NCBI RefSeq assembly: GCF_006345805.1 | Contig: NW_021828061.1 | Location: 1-35,726 of the forward strand | Reading direction: 5' to 3' | DNA from: Octopus sinensis | Lineage: Eukaryota | Length of the DNA stretch: 35,726 nucleotides | In this document: positions 1-13,147 of the stretch, piece after piece | How positions within the stretch are numbered: position 1 is the first letter of the stretch | Layout: every line of letters begins with the position of its first letter | Notes under the pieces: generated by a model | Seen by the model: the letters and a program-made list of their open reading frames with translations, nothing else | Told to the model about the DNA's origin: nothing | Database searches by the model: none | Made by a program: the position numbers and the translations under genes

Positions 1-384
1 TACCAACGTGTAAATAACGAGGAGCCGTGTTTGCGAAACTTAAAATGTCAAACAAAATTGCAGGCATAGTTCTTTTATAATGCCAAATATGCAAATTTGG
101 AATTTTATTAAAATGTTTTAAAGAAAGCGATGTGAATTGGTGAAATGCAAGTAATAATATGTAATAAAAAGGGAACTAAAGATGCTGAGGGTTAGCATAT
201 ATTCTAAAATTAAAGCCACGTTGCAACCAGACGGACGACGTTGGAAACAATTGGTCCAAGCCCATACTGAATTCAACAACAAAAAATAAATGATACCCCG
301 CTTTATTGTATTGAGTACTCTCTTCTTCTTTTCGTTTTCCATTACTGCTAAACTATCTATGCATTGATGTGTAATATATGTGTG

Positions 385-415
<31 letters not shown>

Positions 416-416
416 G

Positions 417-450
<34 letters not shown>

Positions 451-882
451 ACCATATATATATATATATATATATAGTTCTATTTTCTAAGGGGATATAT
501 ATAAAATATTTATATATTTATTCTTATCGCCATTTGTCTCTAGCAATAATAATACACACGCATAAATATATAATATACATGCATATATATTTATAGATAT
601 ATGTGTGGTTATATATATATATAATTATATATATATATATATATACATGCATATATATGTATTTACATGCATATATATATATGTATATATACGTAGATAT
701 ATATATATATATATACATACAAATATGTATACATATACAAATATATATATACATATAAATATATATATATATACATGTATACACACACACACATTCTATA
801 TGATTATACATGAGATTTAGTTTCGTATTTGCGTTAACCTTATTTCGCTATTGCTTTCCTTTACATCCTATCGTTTTTGTTT

Positions 883-889
883 ATTATTA

Positions 890-920
<31 letters not shown>

Positions 921-928
921 TATTATTA

Positions 929-971
<43 letters not shown>

Positions 972-1047
972 CATTATATTATTATTATTATTATTATTAT
1001 TATTATCATTATTATTATTATTATTATCATTATTATTATTATTATTA
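883..1047. repeat. (TAT)n/(CAT) trinucleotide microsatellite
   Basis: Direct inspection; source of the poly-Y/I/L ORFs. Confidence 0.95.
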
Positions 1048-1299
1048 CCTCATGCACATTCTGTAATCAAGTTCAGACCAGATATTCCTCCTCTATGAAT
1101 AATTCCAGCCAAAATTACCCTCTGTCTTCGACAAAAATATTTTCTTTTTTTATTCTCCTCCAATCTCATCGACTGGTTTGTATCTAAGCGCGCGTGCACA
1201 ACCAAACACTCACACAAACAGTGACACACACACACACATATAGAAATAAGTGCACATTAGTATTTGGATAGATGCATATGAATACAAGGGTGTATATAC

Positions 1300-1374
<75 letters not shown>

Positions 1375-1553
1375 TATATATATATATTATATGCATACAC
1401 ATGCTTATTCAGGTATAGCCACAGAAACTGACACTCACACACATATGTTATATATATATATATATATATATATAATATGTATATATAAATCTATATATAC
1501 ATGTCTGACTATATATATGATACATATATATATAATATATATATATATATAAG

Positions 1554-1701
1554 ACATGTTCATATTATGTGTGTGTGTGCTTGTATGTGTGTTTTTATGG
1601 ATGTATATATCTGGATATATATATATATATATATATATATCCAGATATATACATCCTAAAAACACACATACAAGCACACACACATATATATATGAACATG
1701 T
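1554..1701. repeat. Near-perfect palindrome of about 148 bp centred on (AT)n
   Basis: ACATGTTCAT...GCTTGTATGTGTGTTTTTATGGATGTATATATCTGG (AT)n CCAGATATATACATCCTAAAAACACACATACAAGC...ATGAACATGT. Confidence 0.92.
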
Positions 1702-1737
1702 ATATATATATATAATATATATATAATAATATATATA

Positions 1738-1781
<44 letters not shown>

Positions 1782-3091
1782 GTGATGGATGTATATATCT
1801 GGATACACATACACACACTTTTCAACTGCCGAATCTTCTTTTCTCTCTTCCGTTTCGTGACATTTTTCCTATATTTTGTTTTTAGATTTATTTATATATT
1901 TTTCATGTCTTATGTTTATTTATGTGCTTATCACTGTGTGTGTATACATACATATATATATATATATCTGTGTATATGTGTATGTGTAGTTATATATATG
2001 TGTATGTATGAGTTTTTGTGGTTATATATACGAATACGTATGGTATGTGTGCGTGTGTATATACACATACACAATCAAACACATATAAGCACATATATTT
2101 ACATATGTGCACAGCCTTTCACAGATACACGCTTATATAGTTGCCCCCCACACACACACACACTTTCGTATATATTGTCTCGCTCCACCTTTCCTTTCTT
2201 CCCGAAATTCCTCTGTCCATTCGCTCCCCGCCAACCCTCCACCATTCGTCACACTTCATTAAATCTTCACACTGATTTTCTATTTCTATACTCCTCCATC
2301 TACTTATCCATACATTTATTCATATACACAATTTTTAAAAACTTTTTCATCCGTTTTGTTTTTTCTTTTTTTTTTTACGTTTGTGAGATTTTGTATTTTT
2401 GTTCATTATTTTGCAATGGAGTAAGCATGTATGTCTATGTTCGTTTTGTGTCCTGCCGGAAGCAACATCAACATCACTCACAAAGACAACAAGACTAACA
2501 ACAACAACAACAAAAACTACATTAGCAACACTTGCAAAAGTAATAACTACTTAAAAAACAACACTAGCAACAACAACACCTTAAAACAACAACAACAACA
2601 GCAACAAGAAATGCATTATTAGCAAGAAAATATAGAGCATCGGCAACATTAACAAGAACACCATCAGTAACACAAACAACGAGAATATCAAGGCAAACAG
2701 CGAAAACAACAACAGCAACATACACGACAACAGCAACAACAAGCGTAACAACAGCGGTACAAGCATCATCATCATCAGCAACATCAACAACACCGACAGG
2801 AATGGCGATAATATTTTATTTAACGCCGTCTTTAAGTAAAAACATCTCACTCATCACCAAATATATTTCGATTGTTCAGCTTCGTTGCATTATAGTTTAG
2901 GATGTTGCTGCTGATGATAATAATAATGATGATGCCGATGACGATAATAATGATGATGATAATGATGATGATGATAATGATGATGATAATGATGATGATG
3001 ATAATGATGATGAAAAGCGTCAGCATTATTATAATCTCATCGCCCTCGTTATCCGTTTATATAATATGATGAATGACGCAACCATGATATC

Positions 3092-3302
3092 GGTTTCAAA
3101 TTTTGGCACAAGGCCAACGGTTTTGGGGAAGGACCAATTCGATTCCATCGACCCCAGTATGCCGCGGGTACTGCTTCTTGCATTGACTGCAAAAAAATAA
3201 AAGGCAAAGTCGACCTCAGACGAATTGGAACTCAGAGCATAAAGCTAGAAGAAATGTCGCTAAGCATTTCGCCCTGGACGCTAACACTTCAGCTAGCTCG
3301 CC
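3092..3302 (-). mobile_element. tRNA-derived SINE, family A (central GTCGACTTTGCCTTTCATCCTTTCGGGGTCGAT module)
   Basis: AAAGGCAAAGTCGACCTC...GAACTCAG...GCTAAGCATTTCGCCC aligns with the copies at 29788 and 24850. Confidence 0.85.
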
Positions 3303-3901
3303 GCGTTATGGAGCCATAATATTCCATCATCATAACTATCACTATCATCGTCAACAGAACTTCCATCAAATTCGTGGTCATCATCATCATCATCATCGTT
3401 GTTGTATTCTTTGTCGTTGAATCACCGTCACCCTTCGCCCTCCTCCTCCTCCTCCTTCTCATCACGCACTTTCCTATTAATTTCTCCTGCAATGGACGCC
3501 CGCAGGGAAAGTACTTGGGCCTTTCTGTTTCACAATTACGCCGTTCCTTTTTCTTTCTGCTCGACACAACTCTGTCGCAAAATAAATCAATTAACAGCCG
3601 TTTCTCCATGATTCACTGACGAGTTCATATAAGACAGAAACATGCCGGACATTCGTCTATATCATAAAATATCAAATTTACTACATTATACATGTTATTT
3701 ATTCAAATGTCAGAGTTCTCATACTTCTGTATTACCAGAAGTACTCACCTCAAAAACTATTATTCTTATCATTATCTTTGTAATTTTAAATTAATTAAAT
3801 TTAATTAAATTAATCGCTTTCTATATCCACAATATTGTTGGGCACTTTGCTATTAAGTTTTTATATAACAGGCATCCTGAAGTAATGTTTCCCAAACCTT
3901 C

Positions 3902-3992
<91 letters not shown>

Positions 3993-4294
3993 CGTGTGTG
4001 TGCGTGTGTGTCTATCCATGAACCATTAGCGGCAGCCATATAGTAGCAATACCGCTAAAAACATATTCATGTCGACCGCAGCCATTTTAACAGCAAAGAT
4101 CAAAAACAGCATCATCATCATCAACAGCATCATCTGCCAATATCACTGCAAATTCATGGCTTCTGGCTCTCTCTTTCTCTCTCTCTCTCTCTCAACTTTG
4201 CTTTTCTTATGATACCACCGAACACATGCAATTCTACTTTCATGAAAATTCAATTCTTTGAAGTTTCTGTGTGTGTGTGTGTGTGTGTATGTGT

Positions 4295-4333
<39 letters not shown>

Positions 4334-4516
4334 TGTGTGTGTGTGTGCATAATGTCAGTTAGTGGGGTTTCATTCTTTGATGTTGCATATTTTATAAACG
4401 AAACGTCGAGGCAGTACTCAATACGTGGTGTACAATTTATTGATTGATAATTCAAACTGACTGCTTTCTCAAGTTTTCCCTCATTACTATTCCACCACGA
4501 TTGTATATCCACTTTG

Positions 4517-4762
4517 CCGTATTTTTGTCCGCTCTTTTACGCTCTGGGTTCAAAACCAGCCGAGGTCAATCGTTGGGGCATCAGACAAACTGATTTATGG
4601 TGTTTAAGCTGTTTAAGTTTTTGGTTCTCATCTCACCTGAGTCGAGTTTGCTTTTCGTTTCTTGGAGCAGAAAAAAATAATTGTACCAGTTAAATACTTG
4701 GGTCAATATGAACGCCAATCTCCTCCTTTACTGGCCTAATTTCTGACCTTGTCCCTATGGAA
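4517..4762 (+). mobile_element. Degraded, interrupted SINE family A
   Basis: GGGTTCAAAACCAGCCGAGGTC B-box region and later GTACCAGTTAAATACTTGGGTCAAT. Confidence 0.55.
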
Positions 4763-5959
4763 ATATTTGTTATAATTAATAAATGAATTACCTGTAACTG
4801 TTTGAAAAACGAGAAAAAGGGTGTAAAGAAGGAAGAAGCGAAAGAAAGAATTCCTTTGACTGAAGATGAATGAATCACCGCCAGTTCTCGAAATTTCCTT
4901 TTTAAATTGAGAAAATAAACGAATACCTACCGGCCATTGTCAGTAACACTCAGAGAAAAAGGAGATTATTCCAAAGAATTAAGAATCTGAACTTCGTTAG
5001 TATAAACTCATTTGTTGGTAAATAGTTGCTCTGGAATATGGAAGAATGCTAATGCAAATGTAGAAAGAAAAGAAAGAAAAAAGAATATAGAAATGAAAGG
5101 TCAATCCACCCCGACCCCTTCTTCGCAACCCTACCAAAATAATGTCACGACCTGGTTTCTATCTACGGCACCACGCCGTACCCAATCCTCGACGACCCAT
5201 GATCTTTTACACCCGCATACAATCTTATTCTCCAGCAAACACCCCACCACCTCCACCACCAAAACAATAATTACAACCATCACCACTCTCACCACAATAA
5301 CTACTACCACCATCACAATCCTCACCACCGTCAACACTGCAAACAACACCATCATCACGACCGACTTGAGCTGACTGAGAAGTCTTGACGTGGTTAAGTC
5401 GCTGCTAGATATAACAGCCAAATTTGTGTGACATTAAACTCTTTCGGCTTTTAAGCAAGGAGACAGATTGGATGGTGTTGGTTTAGTTTTACTTCTCTGC
5501 GGAAAATGACGGGGTGGTCACGGCCGGCATAACTGTAGGCTTGGAGCCAAACAAGAACAAAATCAAAGACAACTGACTGTAGTCATTGCCAGTAATACCT
5601 TAACAACAACAACAACAACACTACCATCACCATCATCACATACTACATAACTACTATCACAACTGCCACCGCCACGACAATCACCACCTCCCCCACCACC
5701 ACAATCATCATCACATACCATTGTCCAGCACAACTACCGCTACCACCATTGTCATCATATACCACTGATACTACCAACACCGCCATCACCACAATTACCA
5801 CAACCACTACCACCATCGTCATATACTATTGCCACCATAGCTACCACCACCATTACCATCGAAAGTGCCGGCATCATCGCCACCACCACCACAATCATCA
5901 TCACATACCATTGTCGCCATCACCACCACATAAACTGTACCATTATTCGCAGTTATTTC

Positions 5960-5997
<38 letters not shown>

Positions 5998-6000
<3 letters not shown>

Positions 6001-6175
6001 TTTCTTTATTGCTCATAGAGGGGACAAACTAGGAAAAGGGATTAAGTCGATTACATCGACCCCAAAAGGATGCAAGACAAAGTCGACCTCGGCGGAATTT
6101 GAACTCAGAACGTAACGGCAGACGAAATACCGCTAAGCATTTCGCCCGGCATGCTAACGTTTCTGCCAGCTCACC
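5998..6175 (-). mobile_element. SINE family A with an internal deletion
   Basis: AAAGTCGACCTCGGCGGAATTTGAACTCAGAACGTAACGGCAGACGAAATACCGCTAAGC; adjoins (GATA)n. Confidence 0.9.
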
Positions 6176-6523
6176 AATCTTCAGTCATTCCATATATAAC
6201 ATGACTGCATCTCACCCAATCATATCACAGTAAATGACAACCTGGTGTGCGTGTGTGTGTGTTGGTGGCTCGTAATGATTGTATTTACATGTGTTGTGTA
6301 TATATGCATGCAGCTATGTATGTGTGTGTGTATATAAACATACATATGTCTGTGTGTGTATGTATATGTAGAATATTTTGTGTATATGTATATAATGTAA
6401 CTAAACTACTTTGTGTGTGCTATCCAAGTTGTTTTTTTTTATCTCTTCGGCTGTCTAATTCTTCAGTGTGTGTATGTGTGTGTGTGTGTGTGTGGAGAGA
6501 GAGAGAGAGAATGAGCGTGCGAC

Positions 6524-6561
<38 letters not shown>

Positions 6562-6660
6562 CAAACACACACGTACACATACACGTCTCTGCATGTGTGT
6601 ATATACATTTCTATGTGAGTAGGTATGTGAATATATGCACATATATATAGTATCCATTTA

Positions 6661-6707
<47 letters not shown>

Positions 6708-6982
6708 TGTATATGAGTGTGTATATTTATATGTGTTGTAGGGTGGGTGGGTGTCACTTTCTGAGTAAAGCAATTTTGAGACAACACTTGAAAAAGATTG
6801 CAGAAGGATGTGTTAATAAGATGAGGCCGGAAGTGAGTTGTCGCAAAGCGAAAAGACGCAAAGACAGGAAATTCTGAACCCTTAAAAATGATAAAGAAAT
6901 TACTGGCTCATAATGCCTTCTTGTTTGTATGTCTGTTCATATTTCTGTGGGTGTGTTTGTCTATGTATGAATGTCTTTGTCA

Positions 6983-7457
6983 TCCTGGTTCAGTCCCACT
7001 GCGTGGAACCTTGGGCAAGTTACTTCTACTATAAGCTCTGGCCAACCAAAGTGGATTTGGTAGACGGAAACTGAAAGACGCACGTCGTATATTATATATA
7101 TATATATATATATACATACATACATACATATATATATATATGTATATTTATATATACACACATTGTGTGTGTTACTCCACAAATGTATGCAGTGAACGGA
7201 TGTGATCTATTCTTTAGGCTTTAAGGCTTGCGAGAATAATCACGTGGGTTCCAATTTCCCTTTCTGAATCTAGTATCACCTTGTGTTCTTGACAACCGGT
7301 GTTAGAGTGTTTACATCTTCATAACACTAGCGGTTCGTCATAAGAAAGCGATCAATAAGTACCAGGTTTTAAACAATAGGTACTAGAGTCGATTTTTTCT
7401 CGCTAAAGTCCTTCTAGGTGGAGCCCCAGCATGGCGGCAGTCAAATGACTGAAGCAA
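6983..7457 (+). mobile_element. SINE family B (CORE-like ACCTTGGGCAAGT), with an expanded middle
   Basis: GGTTCAGTCCCACTGCGTGGAACCTTGGGCAAGT...GGATTTGGTAGACGGAAACTGAAAG, then a 3' half ending CCAGCATGGCGGCAGTCAAATGACTGAA. Aligns with 34884-35315. Confidence 0.8.
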
Positions 7458-7501
7458 ATATCTGATATATGTCTGTCTGTCTGTCTGTTTGTCTGTCCAT
7501 C

Positions 7502-7577
<76 letters not shown>

Positions 7578-7671
7578 GTCACACATGTATATTTACACAA
7601 GCATATTCACAAATATGCATATATATGGATGCTTGCCTATATGTATATAATGTGCATGTATATATGTATGC

Positions 7672-8063
7672 GGAGGCACAGTGGCCCAGTGGTTAAGGCG
7701 GCGGACTCGCGGTAACAGGATCGCGGTTTCGATTCCCAGACTGGGCGTTGTGAGTGTTTATTGAATGAAAACACCCAAAGCTCCTCGAAGCTCCGGCCTC
7801 CGGCAGCGGGGAGGGTGAACCCTGTTGTACGCTTTCACCACAACATTCTCTGACTCTTACATCCTGTGTCTGTTGTACCTGTATTTCAAAGAGGCCAGCC
7901 TTGTCACACTCTGTGTCACGCTGAATCTTCCCGAGAACTACGTTAAGGGTGCGCGTGTGTCTGTATAGTGGTCAGCCACTTACACGTTAATTTCACGAGC
8001 AGGCTGTTCCGTTGATCAGACCAACTGGAACCCTCGTCGTCGTCGTAATCGACGGAGTGCCAC
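7672..8063 (+). mobile_element. Apparently full-length tRNA-derived SINE, family C
   Basis: A-box TGGCCCAGTGG and B-box-like GTTTCGATTCC. GC-rich 390-bp body ending CGACGGAGTGCCAC. ATATATGTAT on both flanks (TSD-like). Confidence 0.8.
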
Positions 8064-8419
8064 GATATATGTATATGTCTGTATAGAAATGTTTGTTTTT
8101 GGAAAATTGACAAATCTCTGGTCTGTGGAACTTGTGTAAATGATCGGTTGTCTGATCGCGTGAATGATCGATTGGTAGATTGTATGACTGATTGGTTATT
8201 AGTTTTTAAGATATTCCTTCAGTAATTATTGGAATGGTTGACTTGTAAATCGATGCTTAATGAACCTCTGTGATTGATTAGTAGATAGATTGATTGATTA
8301 TTTGAAGGATCATTGCAATCGCCCAGTGCCCGCCTGCATTAATCTGTTCCTTGTGTCACTTCAGCGTTTTTTAGTGTTGTGAGAATTCAGATCAAGATTT
8401 ATAAATTTTCTTTCCTATA

Positions 8420-8595
8420 ATCCTCCTGTCTTAAAGGCCTGGCAAAAATCCATGATTCACGCTTTTTCAGTTTTAGCTACGTTTTCGAAATGTGTCTTTT
8501 ATCAGTTGTACTATCTAAAGCCAGCAGCACCGGCTCCTTGATTGAATTTCAGAGCATCCAACTCTATCACTCTATCTAGCATTCGTGTAAAGTGT
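8420..8595 (-). pseudogene. Possible highly decayed LINE RT fragment
   Basis: Minus-strand translation RMLDRVIELD...IMDFCQAFK resembles the RT D-x-x-K-A-F-D region; contains multiple stops. Confidence 0.3.
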
Positions 8596-9636
8596 TTGGT
8601 GTAAAGGTAGATCCTTTCCCAATTACAGAGATAGCAACCCGCGCCAACAATTGCATCGTCCAGAAGATGAAACTACGAAGGTTAAGGGACATTGGTGATT
8701 GATTCACTAAGGGAACTGTATTGTACTAAAAAATCTGCAAGGAAATCATTAGCATACACATGCACACCAACACAGTCACAGACACATAAACATGCGCACA
8801 TAGAAGCACACACTTACATAATACTCTCTTTCACATACATGCACACGCGCGCACAGAGGCACGCTCACACACAAACTTGTGCGCACATATGTACACACAT
8901 ATACATCTGCGTACGATAGCAAGGGATCTTTCAACTATTAAAATTCTTGATGTTCGCAACCAGTTGTGAACGGTTGTAGCTGGGATTGAACCAGGATTCA
9001 TTCTATAAACACGTTAACAGTAGAACAATGTAACACACTTTATCCACTGCAGCATTGTATGCTTTCTTCTGTATCTGTAAGAATTGATTTGCAAACTAAC
9101 GCAGAAAAATACAGAGGCCCGAATCGTTTTACCCTTATGCAGAGCAAACTAAAGTTTCATGTACAGAGCACGCTTTTTGTAAATTAGCCTGTCTGTCTAT
9201 TCTATAGAGAAGATTGAAAAGGGAAAGAAATTGTTGACCGTGTGAATTGGGAACGTTGCACTGTCGTTCGATCTTGTGATCGATATAAAATGAACAAAAC
9301 GGCATTTTCGAGGTATATTTGGGTACTACGAGACCAATCAGAGGCTGTCTCTAGAATATTCTGTATCTGTGTGTCTATGTATATATATACTTGTGTGTGA
9401 ATGTATATGCATACACATATGCTCTGAAATAACATTTGTTTATGTATACAGGTATATATATATATATTTGTATGTTTTCTTTTTATACATACATATGATG
9501 ACGTTTGTAAGTGTTCGTCTATGAGTTGGTTGTAACGTTTCTGCTCACAGCAAATGACCTTCCTCGGCAGAAACTTTAACGGATGTCCATGTCAGAAAAC
9601 CACATAGACTGACACACTCTTATGTGCGTGTATGTG

Positions 9637-9675
<39 letters not shown>

Positions 9676-9692
9676 GTATGTGCGTGTATGCG

Positions 9693-9750
<58 letters not shown>

Positions 9751-9762
9751 GTATGTGTGCTG

Positions 9763-9793
<31 letters not shown>

Positions 9794-10439
9794 CTCATGC
9801 ACACAAATACACACACACACACATACACATATATATGTATGTATGCATGTGCATGTATGTATATGCGTGTGTATATACTCGCACGTACACACGTATATAC
9901 AGCGCTTTGCAGCGAAACGTACCAAATGACCGAAGGAAAGCAATTATGTCAAAGCACAGCCGAATCCAGTATAAGCTTCTCATTAGCAAACATTTTTAAG
10001 ACGTGTCAAACTAATCAAGTTCACCGCCAGCCATCGCACCCACCAACCGATCACCACCATCGCCGCCGCCGCCGCCCATTGCTGTCATCATCATTATTAT
10101 TACCATGACTCGTATTATCCTGTTAAGAGTTATAAATACTCCTCCGTATCGGAGTCTCTGTGTTGCTCTCAAGAAGAATATATTTAAACGATGATAAATC
10201 CTTTTCTTTGCTTTACATTACGTTGTACACAGACATCTCAACAGGACTATCGAGCCACCAAGCTAAGTCATGCGCCGCCGTATTTAGTAGTAATACCTGC
10301 GTGGGCAAAAGCAGACACGCACTTGCTTAATATGAGTGGAATGACCTCTTCATTTCTCCATTTCGTTTTTACCCAAAGCGATTCACAATTTGACTAAGGG
10401 ATCTGCGGGAGATGCCGTGTTCATTGGAATCCCGCTTTT

Positions 10440-10620
10440 GGTTAATTTCCGGGGACTTTGAGTGAATGCTTGAGCCACGAGTATTTAATTTTCTTCAGTT
10501 GTAACACTGACCGGTCGACCACTTTTCGGTGCGAATGGACCCAGTCTACTCAAATGTATCCTGTATTCTCTAAACTGTTTATCTTGACGGAGCGTAGAGA
10601 GATAAACACTGTATCTTCTA
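10440..10620 (-). pseudogene. Decayed Tc1/mariner-type transposase N-terminal HTH fragment
   Basis: Minus strand reads DTFE*TGSI, then after a frameshift APKSGRPVSVTTEEN*ILVAQAFTQSPRK. This is the FxxTGS...SGRP...TEEN...SP pattern. Confidence 0.7.
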
Positions 10621-11029
10621 GATACAGTCTTCATATCTGCTCAACCTCTACAAACCTTGAGCCAACACTGCTCAGACTATGGGCACATTCTGATGAGTTT
10701 TCAGAACTCACCTCCTGAAGGATCTCCCAGGAAATTCCTGATTTTTATTTTTTCTATACTGTACTTTTTATTTCTCGAACCCTATATAGGCTGACCTTTT
10801 CCTTTCGTCCATTTTTCACATTTTCGCTGTTGCACTCTCCGGGTTTTTAAGGCTTGAAGTTTTTTTCTAGTTTCTTTAATATATATACGATAATATATGC
10901 AAAGTAAGCTATGTCTCATTGTGACCAAGGAATACCTCTCTTTTAAAATGATGGTCTCTCTGTCTCTAACATGTACCTTTTATATGTATTTGCACATCCC
11001 AGACAAATGTATCCATTTTACTTTATCTA

Positions 11030-11110
11030 TTCCCGCTTTTAAAGCTGTGAGTTCAAATCCCGCCAATGTAAACTCAGTTGTTTATCCCTCGGTGATGATC
11101 CAACGTTTCG
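11030..11110 (+). mobile_element. Degraded SINE family A-like head
   Basis: TGAGTTCAAATCCCGCC B-box segment. Confidence 0.4.
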
Positions 11111-11686
11111 CTGTTTCTGCCATTAAAATAAATAGCCGGGATAAACAACGAATCATTTTAATCAACTTCTCCCTCACAAAAGATTGGTGGGGGGTCAAAT
11201 TGGGGTGGGAGCTTGGCAGGATATCTGTATCTGCTCATGACCAAATTGGCACTTAAAACAACTAGTGAAAGCACGGTGCGTGTATGTTACGGCGACAGCC
11301 ACAACCGTAATAAACAACCAAGATATATGTAAAGTGCCTGTAGATCTATTTGCTGTAAATATTGTGTGTGTGTGTATGTGTGTGTATGTGTGTGTGTATG
11401 TGTGTGTGTGTGTGGGTGTGGGTGTGTGTAATGTGTGAGTATACGCATACAACCAAACTCCTGTGGTTATAGTTTGATTCTTGACTACATCATTCTGTTA
11501 TATCTTTATCGTTCCCGTGGTACCTATTATTCTAACGATTTCCTCTGATGTCAATCCTCAAGACACTAGTTAGCGCTGGTTCCAGATGTTCCTATGCAAG
11601 TAGTCTCTTGATTTCTTTGAGAATATAATTATATCGTTTCTGAGAATTAATTCAACCAATTAGGAGATATATTTCTTTTTTTTTTC

Positions 11687-11717
<31 letters not shown>

Positions 11718-11889
11718 CCTGATCGGTTTTTGAACAATTAAATGTGGCCGAAACGCTACATTTTGGGTTCAAATTTGGGTTTTATCAACCGGGAATAATT
11801 ATATTAAAGTACCTTCAAATAAGGCGTGTCATTTTCAGCCAAAGGAAGAATAGGCCCTAGGGTAAACATAGATGATGATGATGATGATG

Positions 11890-11930
<41 letters not shown>

Positions 11931-11931
<1 letters not shown>

Positions 11932-12146
11932 GTTTCAAATCTTAACACAAGGGCAGCAATTTTGAGGGGGAGGGGATGAGTTGGTTACATCGACCCCAGT
12001 ATTCAACTGGTACTTATTTTATCGACCCCGAAAGGATGAAAGGCAAAGTCGACCTCGGCGGAATTTGAACTCAGAACGTAGCGACAGACGAAATACTGCT
12101 AAGCACTTAGTCCGGCGTGTTAACGATTCTGCCAGCTCGTCGGCTT
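11931..12146 (-). mobile_element. SINE family A within an (AAT)n tract
   Basis: CATCGACCCCAGT...TTATCGACCCCGAAAGGATGAAAGGCAAAGTCGACCTCGGCGGAATTTGAACTC; (AAT)n on both sides. Confidence 0.92.
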
Positions 12147-12148
12147 TA

Positions 12149-12156
12149 TAATAATG

Positions 12157-12205
<49 letters not shown>

Positions 12206-12252
12206 TAATGATAATAATAATAATAATATTATCAGTAATAATAATAATAACA

Positions 12253-12314
<62 letters not shown>

Positions 12315-12316
12315 CA
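12149..12316. repeat. (AAT)n directly followed by (ATT)n
   Basis: Strand switch at about 12252. Confidence 0.92.
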
Positions 12317-12509
12317 TAGTAATGTAGTACTTATTACGTGCTCTGAATACTGAACGTAGCGTAGTTCTGTACACTTAGCGTACGTCAATTACTTTGCTTT
12401 GTAGGTGTATATTCTATTCTGTTAATCCTGCCATACGTAATACATTGCACAGTCGCTAAAAGAGGGTTTCCTGTGCATCCTGTATGTCTTAATGACTTCG
12501 TTAAGTACT

Positions 12510-12810
12510 TACCTGTGTAAGTCATTTCCCATGGGTCTCTTACAATAAGGGTTGTTCCTGTTTCCATTCGCCATAATCTGGATGGTCATCTCTTTCCAGA
12601 TCTTTGTGTTTGGCTCATTTCACAACTGCTTTTAGAGCTACAATAATGTTTATTCGGAGCGATACTTTGATCAGGAAGCATTTCCTCTCCTGTCGGTCCT
12701 TGACAACAATATATGATCCATTAAATCCTGTCTCCTTAATTGCTTGTGTGGATTGGCATCTCCCTGCCTATGGTCTTTTGTCGTTCTCTTTGAAGTTTTC
12801 AGTCCATATT
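12510..12810 (-). pseudogene. Restriction-like endonuclease (RLE) domain fragment of an R2/R4-group non-LTR retrotransposon
   Basis: Minus strand reads EMPIHT...YIVVKDRQERKCFLIKVSL...ALKAVVK*AKHKDLE, matching the WDxPIxT...PDIVV...LID...K..KY.DL pattern. Confidence 0.75.
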
Positions 12811-13147
12811 CGATAATGTAGGTATCGTTTTCTCTGTATATAAATGCTACATATTTGTCAGGCCTCGAGAGGCATTTTTAGCTGGATAACACTGTAGCAG
12901 TAGAAGTGGTGATTGTGGTAGTAGTTGAGGTAGTGGTTGTTGTAAAGTGAACAACTGAGCCATTTAATGTAAATGTAGACTCCACACTGCAAACAATCAT
13001 TCTTCGAAAGTTTACCTCTTTTACACATCTTGCATTTTAGCACTCGCAAAGTAGCAGTAATGGCGGCGGTGGTGGTGGTATTGCAGGAGTGGTGGATGGC
13101 AGACATGGTAGAGTGTTGGGTTCAATCGCAGTGCAGGATTCAGTCTC

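Noticed and set aside
118-342. 74-aa minus-strand ORF with two hydrophobic stretches
   Set aside because: No recognisable family; hydrophobicity is expected from AT-rich DNA.
524-2498. Many ORFs rich in Y/I, C/V, H/T or poly-L here and throughout the window
   Set aside because: They are translations of microsatellites and have no domain-like content.
3608-3665. CTGACGAG...GAAAC hammerhead-like string
   Set aside because: Stems I, II and III do not pair next to the core.
10691-10712. CTGATGAG followed by a small hairpin
   Set aside because: No GAAA follows stem II.
12500-12522. Minus-strand ACAG|GTAAGT site
   Set aside because: It lies at the edge of a decayed LINE fragment and has no pyrimidine tract, so it is likely chance.
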